This document shows positions 11,175 through 23,314 of a DNA stretch of 64,000 nt, one piece after another. Origin of the DNA: Octopus sinensis (taxonomy: Eukaryota); NCBI RefSeq assembly GCF_006345805.1, contig NC_043020.1:4216001-4280000 (forward strand). Reading direction: 5' to 3'. Within the stretch, counting starts at the first letter, position 1. The number at the start of each line of letters is the position of its first letter. Under the pieces are notes generated by a model. It saw nothing but the letters and a program-made list of their open reading frames with translations, made no database searches and was not told the DNA's origin. A program made the position numbers and the translations under genes.

Positions 11175-13516
11175 CCCTAACTACCAGTCGTTTTCACAAC
11201 AAGCGTCAAGGAATGTAAATCGTGAACCCTTTTCTTCAGCAGACATGGTAGAAACATTGGCATCGACCAGAAAACGGAATTATTGTCTGTAAACTTCACC
11301 AATCGTGGAGGACATTGAAGAAACATGGCGGTCTGATGCTTTCTTTGTTGACTTTGCCTCATTCAACTGATGGAGCAACCGTGACCATCTCGTCGCTTTT
11401 AAAGGCGTAATACTCGCAGAACTGCTTTGCACGATCACGTATAAAAGGACATTAGTAGTAGTAGTAGTAGTAGTAGTTCTTGTAGAAGATGAAGGAAGTG
11501 TGAAAGAAATTTCATAGGAAACTAGTTGGGGGGGGTTGCCTGAGACCGGAAATGAGTGATAGATTGTTCAGGAGACGGGAAGATAGAGTTAGAGAGTGGA
11601 TGAGAGCGAGAGAGAGATTAAAACAGAAAGCAATGGGATGGAGAGAGAGTCATGCAATAAAGAATTAGTTTCGAAAAGCAACAAAGTAAACCATCGTTAA
11701 TCTGACGTCAAACCGTCGTTAATCCGACGACGTTTTTGCTGAGTGATTTTGTGATTGTCGCGAAGTTAATATGGAGTGACATGAAATGGCAGAAGATAAC
11801 ACAAGTGTCGTATGCTGTTTTGTTTTTTTTAAGAAAAAGGGACTTGAGTGAATGGAAGATGGAGAATAAAGGACAAAGAAAGGTTTAAACCATGATAGTA
11901 ATAAAATGTTGAATGAAAGAACCTATTAAAAAGGTGGTCGGTGAGGAAATATTGAAGTAAGAGAAAGAAATAATGTAAATGAATGAGAAAGAACTATTGC
12001 AATAGTGGAATGAGAATGGGGGGGGGTATTTCAAAAAAATTGAAGGAAATAATAAATATAGGGTGTGACTGGGGGAAAATGAAGAAACTCAAATGAAAGA
12101 ATCAAGGAATGATAAAAGCTGAGAAAACTTGAAAGTAATTGAAAAAATATTTCTTCTAAGAAGGAAAAATAATGAACGTAAAAGAAATTAAAAAGAAGGA
12201 AATATATTGTTAAAAACATTTCTGTAGAAGATGAAAGATGAAAGAAAGAAGTCGGTTGGAGAGAAGGAAAACAGAGCTATGATAAAGAAGAAAGAAAGAA
12301 GGAAAACAGAGCTATGATAAGGAAGAAAGAAAGAAAATTAGACGAAAGAAGAATAATTTCTTCTTGATGCCCAAAATGAGAAACTTGAGAGGAAGGGAGA
12401 GTCAAATCTGTTGTTCCTTGTATTTGACTGGTTCTTTATTTTATCGATTCCAAGAGCAAGGAAGTTAAAGACGACTTCGGCTGAATTTTAACTCTGAGCG
12501 TGAAGAATTGGATTAAACACCACCAAGTATTTTGTCCATGCCTGAAATGAGTTTGTCAACCCACTGTTCTAAGAAGAAGAAAATAATGGATGAAGAGGTT
12601 GGAATATAAAAAAAGATAGACAAAGTAAATAAAAAAAAAGGAAATTCATGAAAGAATAACAATAGAAAGACGAAGAAAGAAGGATTAGCACAAAAAAAAA
12701 TGAGAGAGAGGTGGGGAATAAAAGAAAACGAATGAAGGCGAAAGAAAGAATAACATCTCTGAGATAAATTTGTTTAAATAAAAAGTTCGATCTTTAAAGG
12801 AATTGAATAGTGGAGGCGTGCTCTGTGTTTCAACAACAGATGACATCTTCAGATGACATAACAGGAAGTAAGAAATAGGGAGGAAGGAGCAGACACGTTG
12901 GAAAAAGGAGAGGAGAATGAAAGCAAAGAGTGGAGACGAAGTGAAATAGAGAGCGAGAGAGAGGGGGGGTATATACATGTTCAGCTTCTTTAAATCCATT
13001 CCATTGAGTCAAGCGCCATCCAAATAAAACTGATTAATTAATTACATTTGCAAATAAAGTCAGTTTTAGTTAACTGCATAAAGAATGGTGAAAGGTAATC
13101 AAAAGCTGAACATTTAGTTTAATTGGAAGAGATTCTAGAAACTTCTAAAACTTTCCTAAAGTCTTCTGCGACCAATGCGAGATCACGGGTGCCAGCTGTT
13201 ATCTGCTCCTTAGAGCAATGGCGTTACCCTTGGATAAATATCTGAGTGAGGAGAGACTTGCACGAAGGGGTAACTGTTACTTTTCAACAAAATCTGCCTG
13301 GTTCGATTCCTGGTGCGTTGTGTCCTTAGCCAAGGCACTTCACTTTTATTCCATTCCTTTCAATGGAAAATTCGTTGTCTGCAACAGAATGGTGCCACAT
13401 AGACTATTGGCCGAAAACTTTGCAAACCTAGGATATTGGTGGTTTTTATTAGCAACAACACACGGGTTGTTGTTGTTGATGATGATGATGTAGTTTAATC
13501 AAGGTTGATTTTTGTT

Positions 13517-13620
<104 letters not shown>

Positions 13621-14088
13621 TTATTACAAATCAATACAGTTTTATATTAATGTGTCATTAAATACAGATCAACCCTTACTACTGATTTTAAATGTCGTAC
13701 GCGCTCCTCCTCCTCCTCCTCCATCCCTCCTTTGTAAAGACAATAATATGCATATAACAGGCACGTGCATACACATGCACTCGCGCGCGCGCATACACAC
13801 GCTGATACATTCATTTTCATGGAGCCCGCACGCACATAAACACACTTGGATTCATCTGTATATAAGCATATAGACGTATATACATAAATACATATTCATG
13901 TACACATACACGTGTACTCACAGACGTACACGCACGCGTACATTGTTAGAAAAAATGGCTCCTTTATTGGAATAATTCAAATGATTTTTTAAAAACCATA
14001 TGTACATATACGCACATCTATCTATCTATCTGTCCTTCTGTCTGTCTGTGCACGAAAGATTGGATATAATAGTCTACCCCAACATGTC

Positions 14089-15118
14089 TTGGTCAACCAA
14101 AGAAAAGCCTATTTCGTCAACAAATCATACACTGCGGTGCAAATAAATTTTCAGACACAGTTTCGGTGTCATCATACTCCACCAAAAAGCAGAATTTTTG
14201 ACTGGGTTCAGAAGTTCAGAGAGTATGGAACTGTGCCAAATTTTAATTCTAAAGGTCTGAAAGACACTTATTCTGGTCAGAGGGTGAGTGTTAGAACAGA
14301 AAGAAACAATGATGCTGTACGGGATTCAGTGGGGCGGAGCCCAAAGAAATCCCTTCGATGGCACAGTCAAGAGCTGGGGACCTCTCCAGAGTCTTTGAGC
14401 AGTGTTCTTAAATTAGATTTTCATTTGTATCCTTACCAGATCCTAATAAAGCAAAAACTTACAAAGGCAAACATAGAAAAACGCATAACCCTGTGGGAAT
14501 GGTTTTGTGAGGCAATCGAAGGCAATCCAATCTTCTTGGATCGTGTTTGGTTCTCTGACGAAGCGCACTTTTTGCTGTCAGGGCATGTAAACAGCAAAAA
14601 TTAATAATTATTGGGGTATATCCGCACCAGAGAAAGTATTTCAGATGTCGTTACACACAACAAAGTGCACAGCATGGGTAGCAATCTCTAAACATGGAAT
14701 CATCGGCCCATATTTGTTCGAAGACGAAAATGTGAGAACTCAAACGGTGAATACGGAGCGCTATGTGGCAGGGCTGAGGACGTGTTGGGCATCATTGGGA
14801 CGACGCAGAGGGATAGATCGAGATGAACGATGGTTCCACCACCCGGCATCAAATGATTCCTTAGCCTGGCTGAGAGAGCGATTTCGGGAGAGACTGATCT
14901 GCAGGAAGTGTGATGTTGAGTGGACACCACATTCACCGGATTTGACCACCACAGATTTTTATCTCGAGGTTAATGTTTACCAGAACAACCCTCAAATGAT
15001 TGGTGAACTGAAAGCAGCAATCAGAGCAGAAATCATGGAAATCCCCAAAGAGAAATGTATTCAAGTAATTGACAATTTTGCGCGAAGTATGCAAATGTGG
15101 GGGGTGCATTCTATATAA
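14089..15118 (+). pseudogene. Tc1/mariner transposase pseudogene, DD41D (rosa/Visitor)-type
   Basis: Two ORFs give an HTH region, WFSDEAHF, IIGPYLF and HSPDLTTTDF. The QQDGA motif (second catalytic D) and the LWGYLK segment are deleted; there is a stop at 14602-14604 and a frameshift. Reconstructed spacing to the third D is about 41. No TIRs found. Confidence 0.85.
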
Positions 15119-15138
15119 ATGCACATCTATCCATCCAT

Positions 15139-15195
<57 letters not shown>

Positions 15196-15196
<1 letters not shown>

Positions 15197-15381
15197 GGAG
15201 AATTCACGAAAAAAAACAGAAGACGAAGACAGGAGGTGTAGAAAACAAACAGATGTATTAGTATAACGCTCAGGAATAGAAAAAGTCCTTTACGTTTCGA
15301 GCCTGCACTCTTCCACAGAAAGGAACACAGAAAAAACAAGGAGAGAAAAAAATATGTGTAGTGGCTACCGATCTATTATGG
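15196..15381 (-). mobile_element. Penelope-like short repeat, copy 1
   Basis: About 185 bp homologous to 21670-21852 and partly to 35500-35575. Abuts (TA)n and carries a GAAACGT hammerhead-like motif. Confidence 0.65.
15286..15324 (-). ncRNA. Minimal type I hammerhead-ribozyme-like motif, copy 1
   Basis: Minus-strand RNA: UCCUUU-CUGUGGA-A-GAGU(GCAG)GCUC-GAAAC-GUA-AAGGA. Confidence 0.5.
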
Positions 15382-15639
15382 TGACGCGTGCGCACGCACA
15401 CCATGCACATATACATTCGTCCATCCGTATATACATATATAATGCATGTAGATACATGCGTATACTAGCATACACCCATCAATCTTTCCAGCAACACACA
15501 CACTCACACTTCCAACCGTCCATACCAAATCTAGCACCACCACCCTAATTCGCCACTCTTGCAGAGATTCTAATCGGGTCTTCTCACCCACACATCACCA
15601 ACGTTTTCACCAACATTTTACCCACACGTTTTGCTTTGG

Positions 15640-15680
15640 CTTTACCCAATCACCGAGCGTAAAATGGCGACTGAAGACAA
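15640..15680 (+). promoter_or_regulatory. Candidate CCAAT + YY1-like promoter motif pair
   Basis: ACCCAATCAC lies about 10 nt before AAAATGGCGAC; another AAGATGGCG occurs near 15935. Confidence 0.25.
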
Positions 15681-15760
15681 AACAAAAACTCTCTCTCTTT
15701 TTTTCTCACTCCTTTTCTCATTCAGTCCTTTCCCTCGCCCCCACCGCGCTCTCTCTCTCT

Positions 15761-15833
<73 letters not shown>

Positions 15834-16169
15834 GGGCTACAATTAGGAAATAAACCATGACTGATGATGACAAAGCTTTGAGATTTCCTGTCGTTTTTCT
15901 TTTAGCTAATGGTTCGCTCAACTCTTAATGCTTAAGATGGCGTGAAATGTTTTGAGGAAAAGCGGGCTTCTTTTTCTGTCGTCTTTTTTTCTAATCTCCT
16001 CCCTCCATCCATCCCCCCTCTCTCTTGTTCTTTTTGTGTTTGCTGTCGTCGAATTGGCGTTTTCCTGTTCTTCTCGCTTCCTCTTCTTCTTCTTCTTTTT
16101 TTTCTTCTTCTTCTTCTTCTTTCTTCTTCTTCTTCTTCTTCTTCTTCTTCTTCTCCTTTGCTTTCCTGA

Positions 16170-18550
16170 ATGAATATGGACCCTGAGTTGACTATGTCAC
16201 ATCCTTACTCACAACCAAAAGCAAACAGCGAGTCACTTTTGAATAAACAAATTTTGGTTTTAAAGAAACATTTTAGCAGTATCTTGGATACGAAATCTTC
16301 AATTGAGTTCGTGGTTATTGACCAATAACAACTAAAGCTGGTCCTTCATCATAGTGCTGGACCAAAGTTCTAGTGGTAGAAATCGCATCTTGTGTAATGT
16401 TTGGCACCAAAACTTCTGCAACATATTGATTTCTCTTGACAATCCATAGGAATACATTTTCGGCGTGAACTTCTTTTTCATCATACAACTGGGCCTTCTT
16501 CCAGCCTCTTCTGCAGTAGTTTCTCAACGATTTTTGCAGGGTTCACAATTGTAATGTTACCAAACTAAAGCTTGTGGTGAAATTATTCAACACAAGACAT
16601 CTTTTGCTTAAGCCCGCCACTTGGAAATTGCCTCATTTACACCACTCCATTGTGAATGTGTAATTAATGCTTTCCACAGAATCCACGAGATACGGAACAA
16701 CTTCGGTTCATCTCACTTCCGGCCACTGAAGAAAATACGTTAATGAGTGGTTTCATCTCTGATGTTTGTGTAGTGAATCTTGCATGCACGAAGTGGATTC
16801 GATCCACTATAGACAAATTTAAACTAACCCTGCTACAGAACTTTTCCCACGGCGGAACAAAGGTTTTTCTCTGACAGCAGTTTTACATCTTCCAGATGCC
16901 TTTAGCTTGGCCGAAATAATGTCTTCACCACTTGACCCTTTCTAACCTCTTCTACTTCACCAAAAGCTAGAATAGAGATAACAAGACCACCAACTAAATC
17001 TATTGTTCTCAATGATATATCTGTCCTTCTGGATCTTAATATAAGCAAGCACATCCCAAGCAAAAGTCAGTCAGTCACATCGTGACGACTCAACGAAACC
17101 TGGCTGACCAACCTTGGTCAGAGGGAGAAACAAAGTTTACTGTCAGACAACGTCCCACACCCTACAATTCTCACTAGTTCGAATTCTGTTCTCTTACAAC
17201 ATCATTCCATCTGTCTCCACAATTACTACTAAACAATGAAGAGGACCCAAACTCAAACATTCTACCGCATCAAACTTTCGCATGCTTTTGGATTTATCAT
17301 AATCTGCCCGTCGAGGCAAGGTATTTCTAACGTAACGGTAAATAAATATTTCCTTATAACAACATGCATTGTTCATCTTTCACATTTCACAACATACAAT
17401 TATAACAACCAATTTTTATCATCACAACTGCCGACTCCCACATCATAATAATGTTTACAAATCAAATATCTACCGTTACATTTGTCATGGATATAAGTGA
17501 AGAATACATTGCCAATTCTACTTCAGTTGTCAGTCATACATAGAATCCCCACCATTGACTTGAATACATTCTAAAATTCAGATGCCGAGATATGAACTTC
17601 ACTTCATAATTCTTTAGCTGTTGTACCTGCCTGCGTTCATTTTCTTTACATTGTTTGTTTCATGATTTATTATAACTTTGAGAATTTCTCAGTGCATTTG
17701 AAAATGGCTTTTTACCAATTCCAATAAAACTAGAAATAAAAAATGTGTTCTATCTTTATGGTGTCTTTGAGGAGTAGGAACTTATCGTCGTTCTTCGTTC
17801 TTTCAGCTGATGCATCACATCTGAGGAAATTTACTGTGGGAATCGATTTAGATAACTTCAAACAAAATCGTGTGAGAGATTTTTAAAAGCAAGATTGTTG
17901 TAATGGAATTTAAAATGAGTTTCACATCATCAGGAATGCAATGTTTTATTTCAGTCGAACTCCCCAAGAAGTTGCTTGTGGCGGCTTTGTCTCAACATCA
18001 TATTTAGGATACATCCACTTACTAATTTTCTCACGAGTTTTTTTTTTTTGGATAGCAGTGAATTTCCTATGCATTTCAGGCTCGTTTATTGAAGCGATCT
18101 CCTTTACTTTCAAATATACCAGATAAATATCCCACTGGACGCAGCTTTCAACAACTTCTTTTCGATAATCTATTTTCAACTCTGTTGACCAAAGCAGGAA
18201 ATTGATTCGACTAACTTTTACATCCTTCTACCCAAGGATTGAAAATGTTTCCAATGTCTAAATATGACACGCTGCCGAAATAAGTTTCTTCTGACTGGCA
18301 GGATTATCTCCCAGCTGTATCTTACTCGGATTTGACTCCCATAATGCATCACCATGTAGAAGTTCTGCGACTGATTGCATCTTGTCTTTCTCTACATAAA
18401 CTCTCATGTTCTCGGTTACTAACGAACCCGATTCAGTTTTTGTATGTGTGGGATTCATAGCACGACTGAAAAAGTTCAAAATGCTCTGTCTTTTCTTCTG
18501 TTACAGCCAGGTTCGTCTGCTGAATTCTTTACTGGTGCCATTTTCTCAGT
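16170..18550 (-). pseudogene. Highly decayed transposase-like relic, probably hAT superfamily
   Basis: A microsatellite-free 2.4-kb block. Acceptor-like TTTTTAG precedes ATGGCACCA. Fragments KKRQSILNFFS, KFISRHLNFR, SGEDIISAKLKASG, IVDRI and IRDETT fall in the order expected for hAT (LRGH, SGD..L..HL, DETTD). Many stops and frameshifts. Confidence 0.45.
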
Positions 18551-19019
18551 TCTAAAAACACACACGAAATATAAACCGCTTAAATTTTTGACTATGAAAG
18601 CTGACATGACAACATCTTAACCCTCAGCTGGGAACATGCTGCTTAAAAATCACGTTTACGATTTTATTTCAAGCAATTGTCGACTTTTAGTCTGATGTCA
18701 CTAGTGTTAGGTTTGTATTTTATCGGCATCAAAAACAAGTATGATGTCATCATTCTCTTCTTAGAAATTAATTATCCAACAGACGGCACCAATGGCCGGA
18801 TCAGGAGCATGAGATTCACATTTCTTTTTTCGTGAGCAGGAAAGAAAACTAAAATCAATTTTATATTGTATTTTTCTATTCGAATTGTCACTGCATAATT
18901 TAATACTGAGTCGAGGCTTTATTCCGACATCACTCTATCGATGGGAATGGCGACTTTGTGATGCCTCGGCTTCGAATCAATTAATAAACTCTACCATGTA
19001 CTGTGTACCTTCTTTTATC

Positions 19020-19059
<40 letters not shown>

Positions 19060-19130
19060 TATGTATCTGCGTCTGTATATGAACGAGTCTGAGGGTATAT
19101 GCATGTGTCTGCATACACTCATATATCTTT

Positions 19131-19474
19131 TCGTCTTGTTTCACTCATTAGACTGCACCCATGCTGGGGCACCGCCTTCAAGGGTTTAGTCCAACGAACC
19201 GACCCCAGTGCTTAATTTTTAAGCCTGTTACTTCATCTATTGCTCTTTTTTTACCGAACCGCTAAGTTACGGGGGCGTAAACACATCAGCACCGGTTGTC
19301 AAGCAGTGTTGGGTGACGGAGTTACGTGCACACATTTCCGTCTATCAAATCCACTCATAAGGCTTTAGTTGGACTGGGTCTATACTAGAAGACCCTTGCT
19401 AAGGCGCCACTCTGTGGGACTGAACTCGGAACCACGTGCATGAGAAGCTAGTCTCTTACCACACAGCCACGTCT
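19131..19474 (-). mobile_element. SINE family D, near full length
   Basis: Head GCAGACGTGGCTGTGTGGTAAGAG through to the TGAAACAAGACGAAAAGA tail. Confidence 0.88.
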
Positions 19475-19489
19475 GCACTTATATAGGTA

Positions 19490-19670
<181 letters not shown>

Positions 19671-20129
19671 ACAGAGAAAGAGGGAGAGAGAGGTAAGGTG
19701 GTAGGTAGACAAACGAAACCTATTGCCCCATAGGCAAATCGTCTCTTCTCCCTCACCAGCACCACCACCCTCGCCACCAAGGCTGCCGCCATTCTATATA
19801 ACCACTTCATTACTAAAATGGAAGAAAAGTAAACGCGATGTGATTTTTTATCAGTGAAATATGAAAGTCAAGATGGCGAAGATACTGCTGCTGTTTGTGG
19901 TTTCATTTGTTGTTGTTTTTTATTGCTAATAATTATTATGACGACGACGACGACGACAATGATAATGTTGTTAGCAGTTGAAATTTAGTTGATGGAAAGC
20001 TAAAATGTCGATACGGCGGACATCAATGGTGAAAAGTTGTAATTATGTCGTCTGCCTTAATGAATTCATTGTTTGATACAACTTCTGACAGATGGCGCCT
20101 CTTTACAACTCGCTCACCTGCTTTTTTTA

Positions 20130-20152
20130 CCTCCCTCGTCTCTCTCTTTCTT

Positions 20153-20184
<32 letters not shown>

Positions 20185-20273
20185 ACATTCTCTCTTTATT
20201 TTTTCTTTTCTTCCTTTCTTTGATTCTTTCTTAATTCTTCCTTTTTCCTCCTTTCTATATTTCTCTCTGTCTC

Positions 20274-20363
<90 letters not shown>

Positions 20364-21000
20364 CGAGACAGACAGACAGACAGACAGACAGAGAGGTAGA
20401 GAGAGAAATTACTATCTTCCGTTTACTTTTGCTTCTTCCTTTTTTATTTCATTCATTTTATATTTATTTGTTATCTTTCTCCCCTCTCTTTCTTTCCTTT
20501 GTTCTCGTTCTTTATTGCTTTTCATCATTCTTTTTTCTTTCTTTCTCGATCTTTCCTCTTTGTTGGATTTCATTACTTTGCCTTTGATCTTTTTCTTAAT
20601 TTTTGTTTTTAACTCTTTGCTGTGTTTGTTTCTTCTTTGATTTCTTTCTTTCTTTCTTTTCTCATTTTTCTTTGTGTGTGTGTGTGTGTGTTAAATACTA
20701 TCTTGGGTTATTCTTTTCTTTCCGGGTTTCTATTTCTTTCAATATTCCATTCCTTTTTTTTTCTTTTCATTCTTACAGTTCTTTTTTAATTACTCTTTCG
20801 TTCATTCATTTGCTCTTTCTTTCAATAATGTATTCTTTCTTCTTTCGCTCTCTTTCGTCTTTTGTTTATTTTTATTTTCCTTTTCTTCTAATTTCGTTCA
20901 TTTTATATCTTTGGTTTTATTTGGGGTTTTTTTTTGCCCTTCATTTCTTTTAATATTTCTTCTTCGCTTTTTTCTTCTTTTTCTCCCTGACCCCCCCCCC

Positions 21001-21035
<35 letters not shown>
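20130..21035. repeat. About 900-bp pyrimidine/T-rich low-complexity tract with (CT)n, (TA)n, (GA)n
   Basis: Direct inspection. The ORFs here are compositional artefacts. Confidence 0.9.
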
Positions 21036-21037
<2 letters not shown>

Positions 21038-21096
21038 ACACACATTATTACAGATTGTCGAAAGTCCCACTCGTTTTGCTCAGTCAATCAATGTTA

Positions 21097-21203
21097 ACTT
21101 CCGGTTATATTTAAACATTCTTTTCATTCCGGATTATTTTCCTATCAAAAGTTACATCGATCTTCCGGTCCATACTTTCTGAATTCAACCAATATGGCTG
21201 CCG
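21097..21203. promoter_or_regulatory. Candidate promoter/enhancer: three ETS cores plus CCAAT/YY1-like site
   Basis: ACTTCCGG (21097), ATTCCGG (21126), CTTCCGG (21162) and CCAATATGGCTGCCG (21189-21203), all in unique sequence. Confidence 0.4.
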
Positions 21204-21669
21204 ACATATACACTGGCAAATTTTTACATAATACCAACATAAGATTGCTTACTTTTCTCTCTTTCATTCATTCTTTCTTTCTTTCTTATATTTATTTATT
21301 TATTTATTTATTTCCTTCTTTCTTTATTTATTCATTTGTTTTGTTATATTGAAACTAGTTTTATTCGTTTGTTGCTGTCTGTCTGTCGGTCTTTGTGTCT
21401 GTCTAGGTAACTATTTATTTATCTTAATATCTTATACATACATACATATATGTACACATAAATAGATACACATACACGCTTACACACACATAAATATACT
21501 TACACACACATACATACATAATGAGGTAATGATCTGGAGATGAATCTAGAGACGAAGTACTCAATACAAGCATAAAACAGTGCTTGATTTAGGTTAGTCC
21601 AGAGTAAGAGACCACTGGACCAGACTAAATAAACTCCACCATACGTTATATATATATATATATATACAT

Positions 21670-21852
21670 CGGGGGAAGAATTGACGAAAAAAAAACAAAA
21701 GACGAAGACAAGTGGTGTAGAAAACAGATGTATTAGTATAACGCTCAGGAATAGAAAAAATCTTTTACGTTTCGAGCCTACGCTCTTCTACAGAAAGAGA
21801 CACAGAAAGAAGGAGAGAAAAAAATGTGTGTAGTGGCTACCGATCTATCATG
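21670..21852 (-). mobile_element. Penelope-like short repeat, copy 2
   Basis: Homologous to 15196-15381; abuts (TA)n. Confidence 0.65.
21761..21798 (-). ncRNA. Minimal type I hammerhead-ribozyme-like motif, copy 2
   Basis: Minus-strand RNA: UCUUU-CUGUAGA-A-GAGC(GUAG)GCUC-GAAAC-GUA-AAAGA. Perfect 5-bp stem I, 4-bp stem II, loopless ACGU stem III. Confidence 0.6.
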
Positions 21853-22598
21853 CACCTCTCCTACCTACGGATCGCTGTGGACTCTACTCTTGATGATATA
21901 CATACATACAGGCATACGTGTGTGTGTAAGGCCTCACAATCATTCTTTATCTACAATCAATCGTTGACCAGCAGAGGGGGCTGTGTAGGTATCTTGGATA
22001 TCTTTATTCCTCTTTATCTTCCTCTCCCCACCTCTCTCTCTCTCTCTCTCTTTCCTTATTCTTCCCCCTTTTATTTAAATCCACTCACCCAACATTATCT
22101 CGTTAGGTCCAATTGTAATCCGTCTTTCAACAGAACGTTGACCTTTCAGTCTACCAAACTCACTCTTTTACCTTCCACTCTAGTCTCCTACCGTCCATGG
22201 TACTGTATGTGACCACTGTTGATATTTGGATCTTAGGATGTCTTCAAGTCAGTGACGGAGCTTCTTGCCTGATGGAAGTAAGAGGCGGGGGTGCGGATGA
22301 AGAGTGAATCTTCGACCAAATTCTTTTGAATTTATTTTTATTTTTCTCTGTTTCTTCTCCCCCCCTCTTTCTCTCTCTTCAATTTCATCTTACATAAAAC
22401 TTCTTCTTTTGATAATTTTCTTCTCTCTGTAGTTTCCAGTCGAACAATTTGTTTTTTCTTTTACTCTGGCCGAAAACTGTGTATATCTGATGTGCAATTT
22501 ACTTACCTGTTAGATATGAGAAAAGTCGGCTTTTTACTTTCTCACTTTTACTCTCTCGTTCCTTTACTCATCATTGTCGCTCGTTTATCTTCATTATT

Positions 22599-22648
<50 letters not shown>

Positions 22649-22947
22649 ACATATATATGTATTTGTATGTGTCTTTGATTGGTTGAAATTACCCAAATAC
22701 AACCACTTTAACGCGAAATAACTTCTAAAATACGAAATTTTGTTCAAAACGTTGAGAGTAAACCGTGTTCTCCGTGAGAAATTCTACCAGTATTCGAAGA
22801 TTCAAACTGTTTAGTTAAAAAAAACTTAATTAAAAATCTGTGATTGAGATGGAAGAGATCCTTTAATTGAATGTCACTCATCCATTTCCAATTAAGTTTA
22901 TACACACAACACACACACACACACACACACGTGTGTGTGTGTGGGAA

Positions 22948-23237
22948 GGCGCGTGGCTTAGTGGTTAGGGTATTCCGTGAGTTCAATTCCCGGCGACGCG
23001 TTGTGTCCTTGAGCAAGACACTTTATTTCACATTGCTCCAGTCCACTCAGCTGGTAAAAATGAGTTGTACCTGTATTTCAAAGGACCAGCCTTGTCCCAC
23101 TTTGTGTCACGCTAAATCTCCCTAAGAACTACGTTAGGGGTACGCGTGTCTGTGGAGCGCTCAGCCACTTGCACGAACAAGCTGTTCCGTTGATCGCATC
23201 AGCTGGAAGCCTCGTCGTTGTAAGCGACAGAGTGCTC
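22948..23237 (+). mobile_element. SINE family B with a deletion in the tRNA-like head
   Basis: Colinear with 5991-6279 apart from about 20 bp missing after GGGTATTC. Confidence 0.88.
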
Positions 23238-23283
23238 CTTTATATATATAAATGAGAGAGAGAGACGACTAACTAGATCGGCA

Positions 23284-23314
<31 letters not shown>

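Noticed and set aside
19873-19929. Short ORF MAKILLLFVVSFVVVFYC resembling a signal peptide
   Set aside because: It stops after 18 codons, has no good donor site, and its hydrophobicity follows from T-rich/(GTT)n composition.
21966-21978. CTCF-like motif CCAGCAGAGGGGG
   Set aside because: A single imperfect match next to repeats; not distinguishable from chance.
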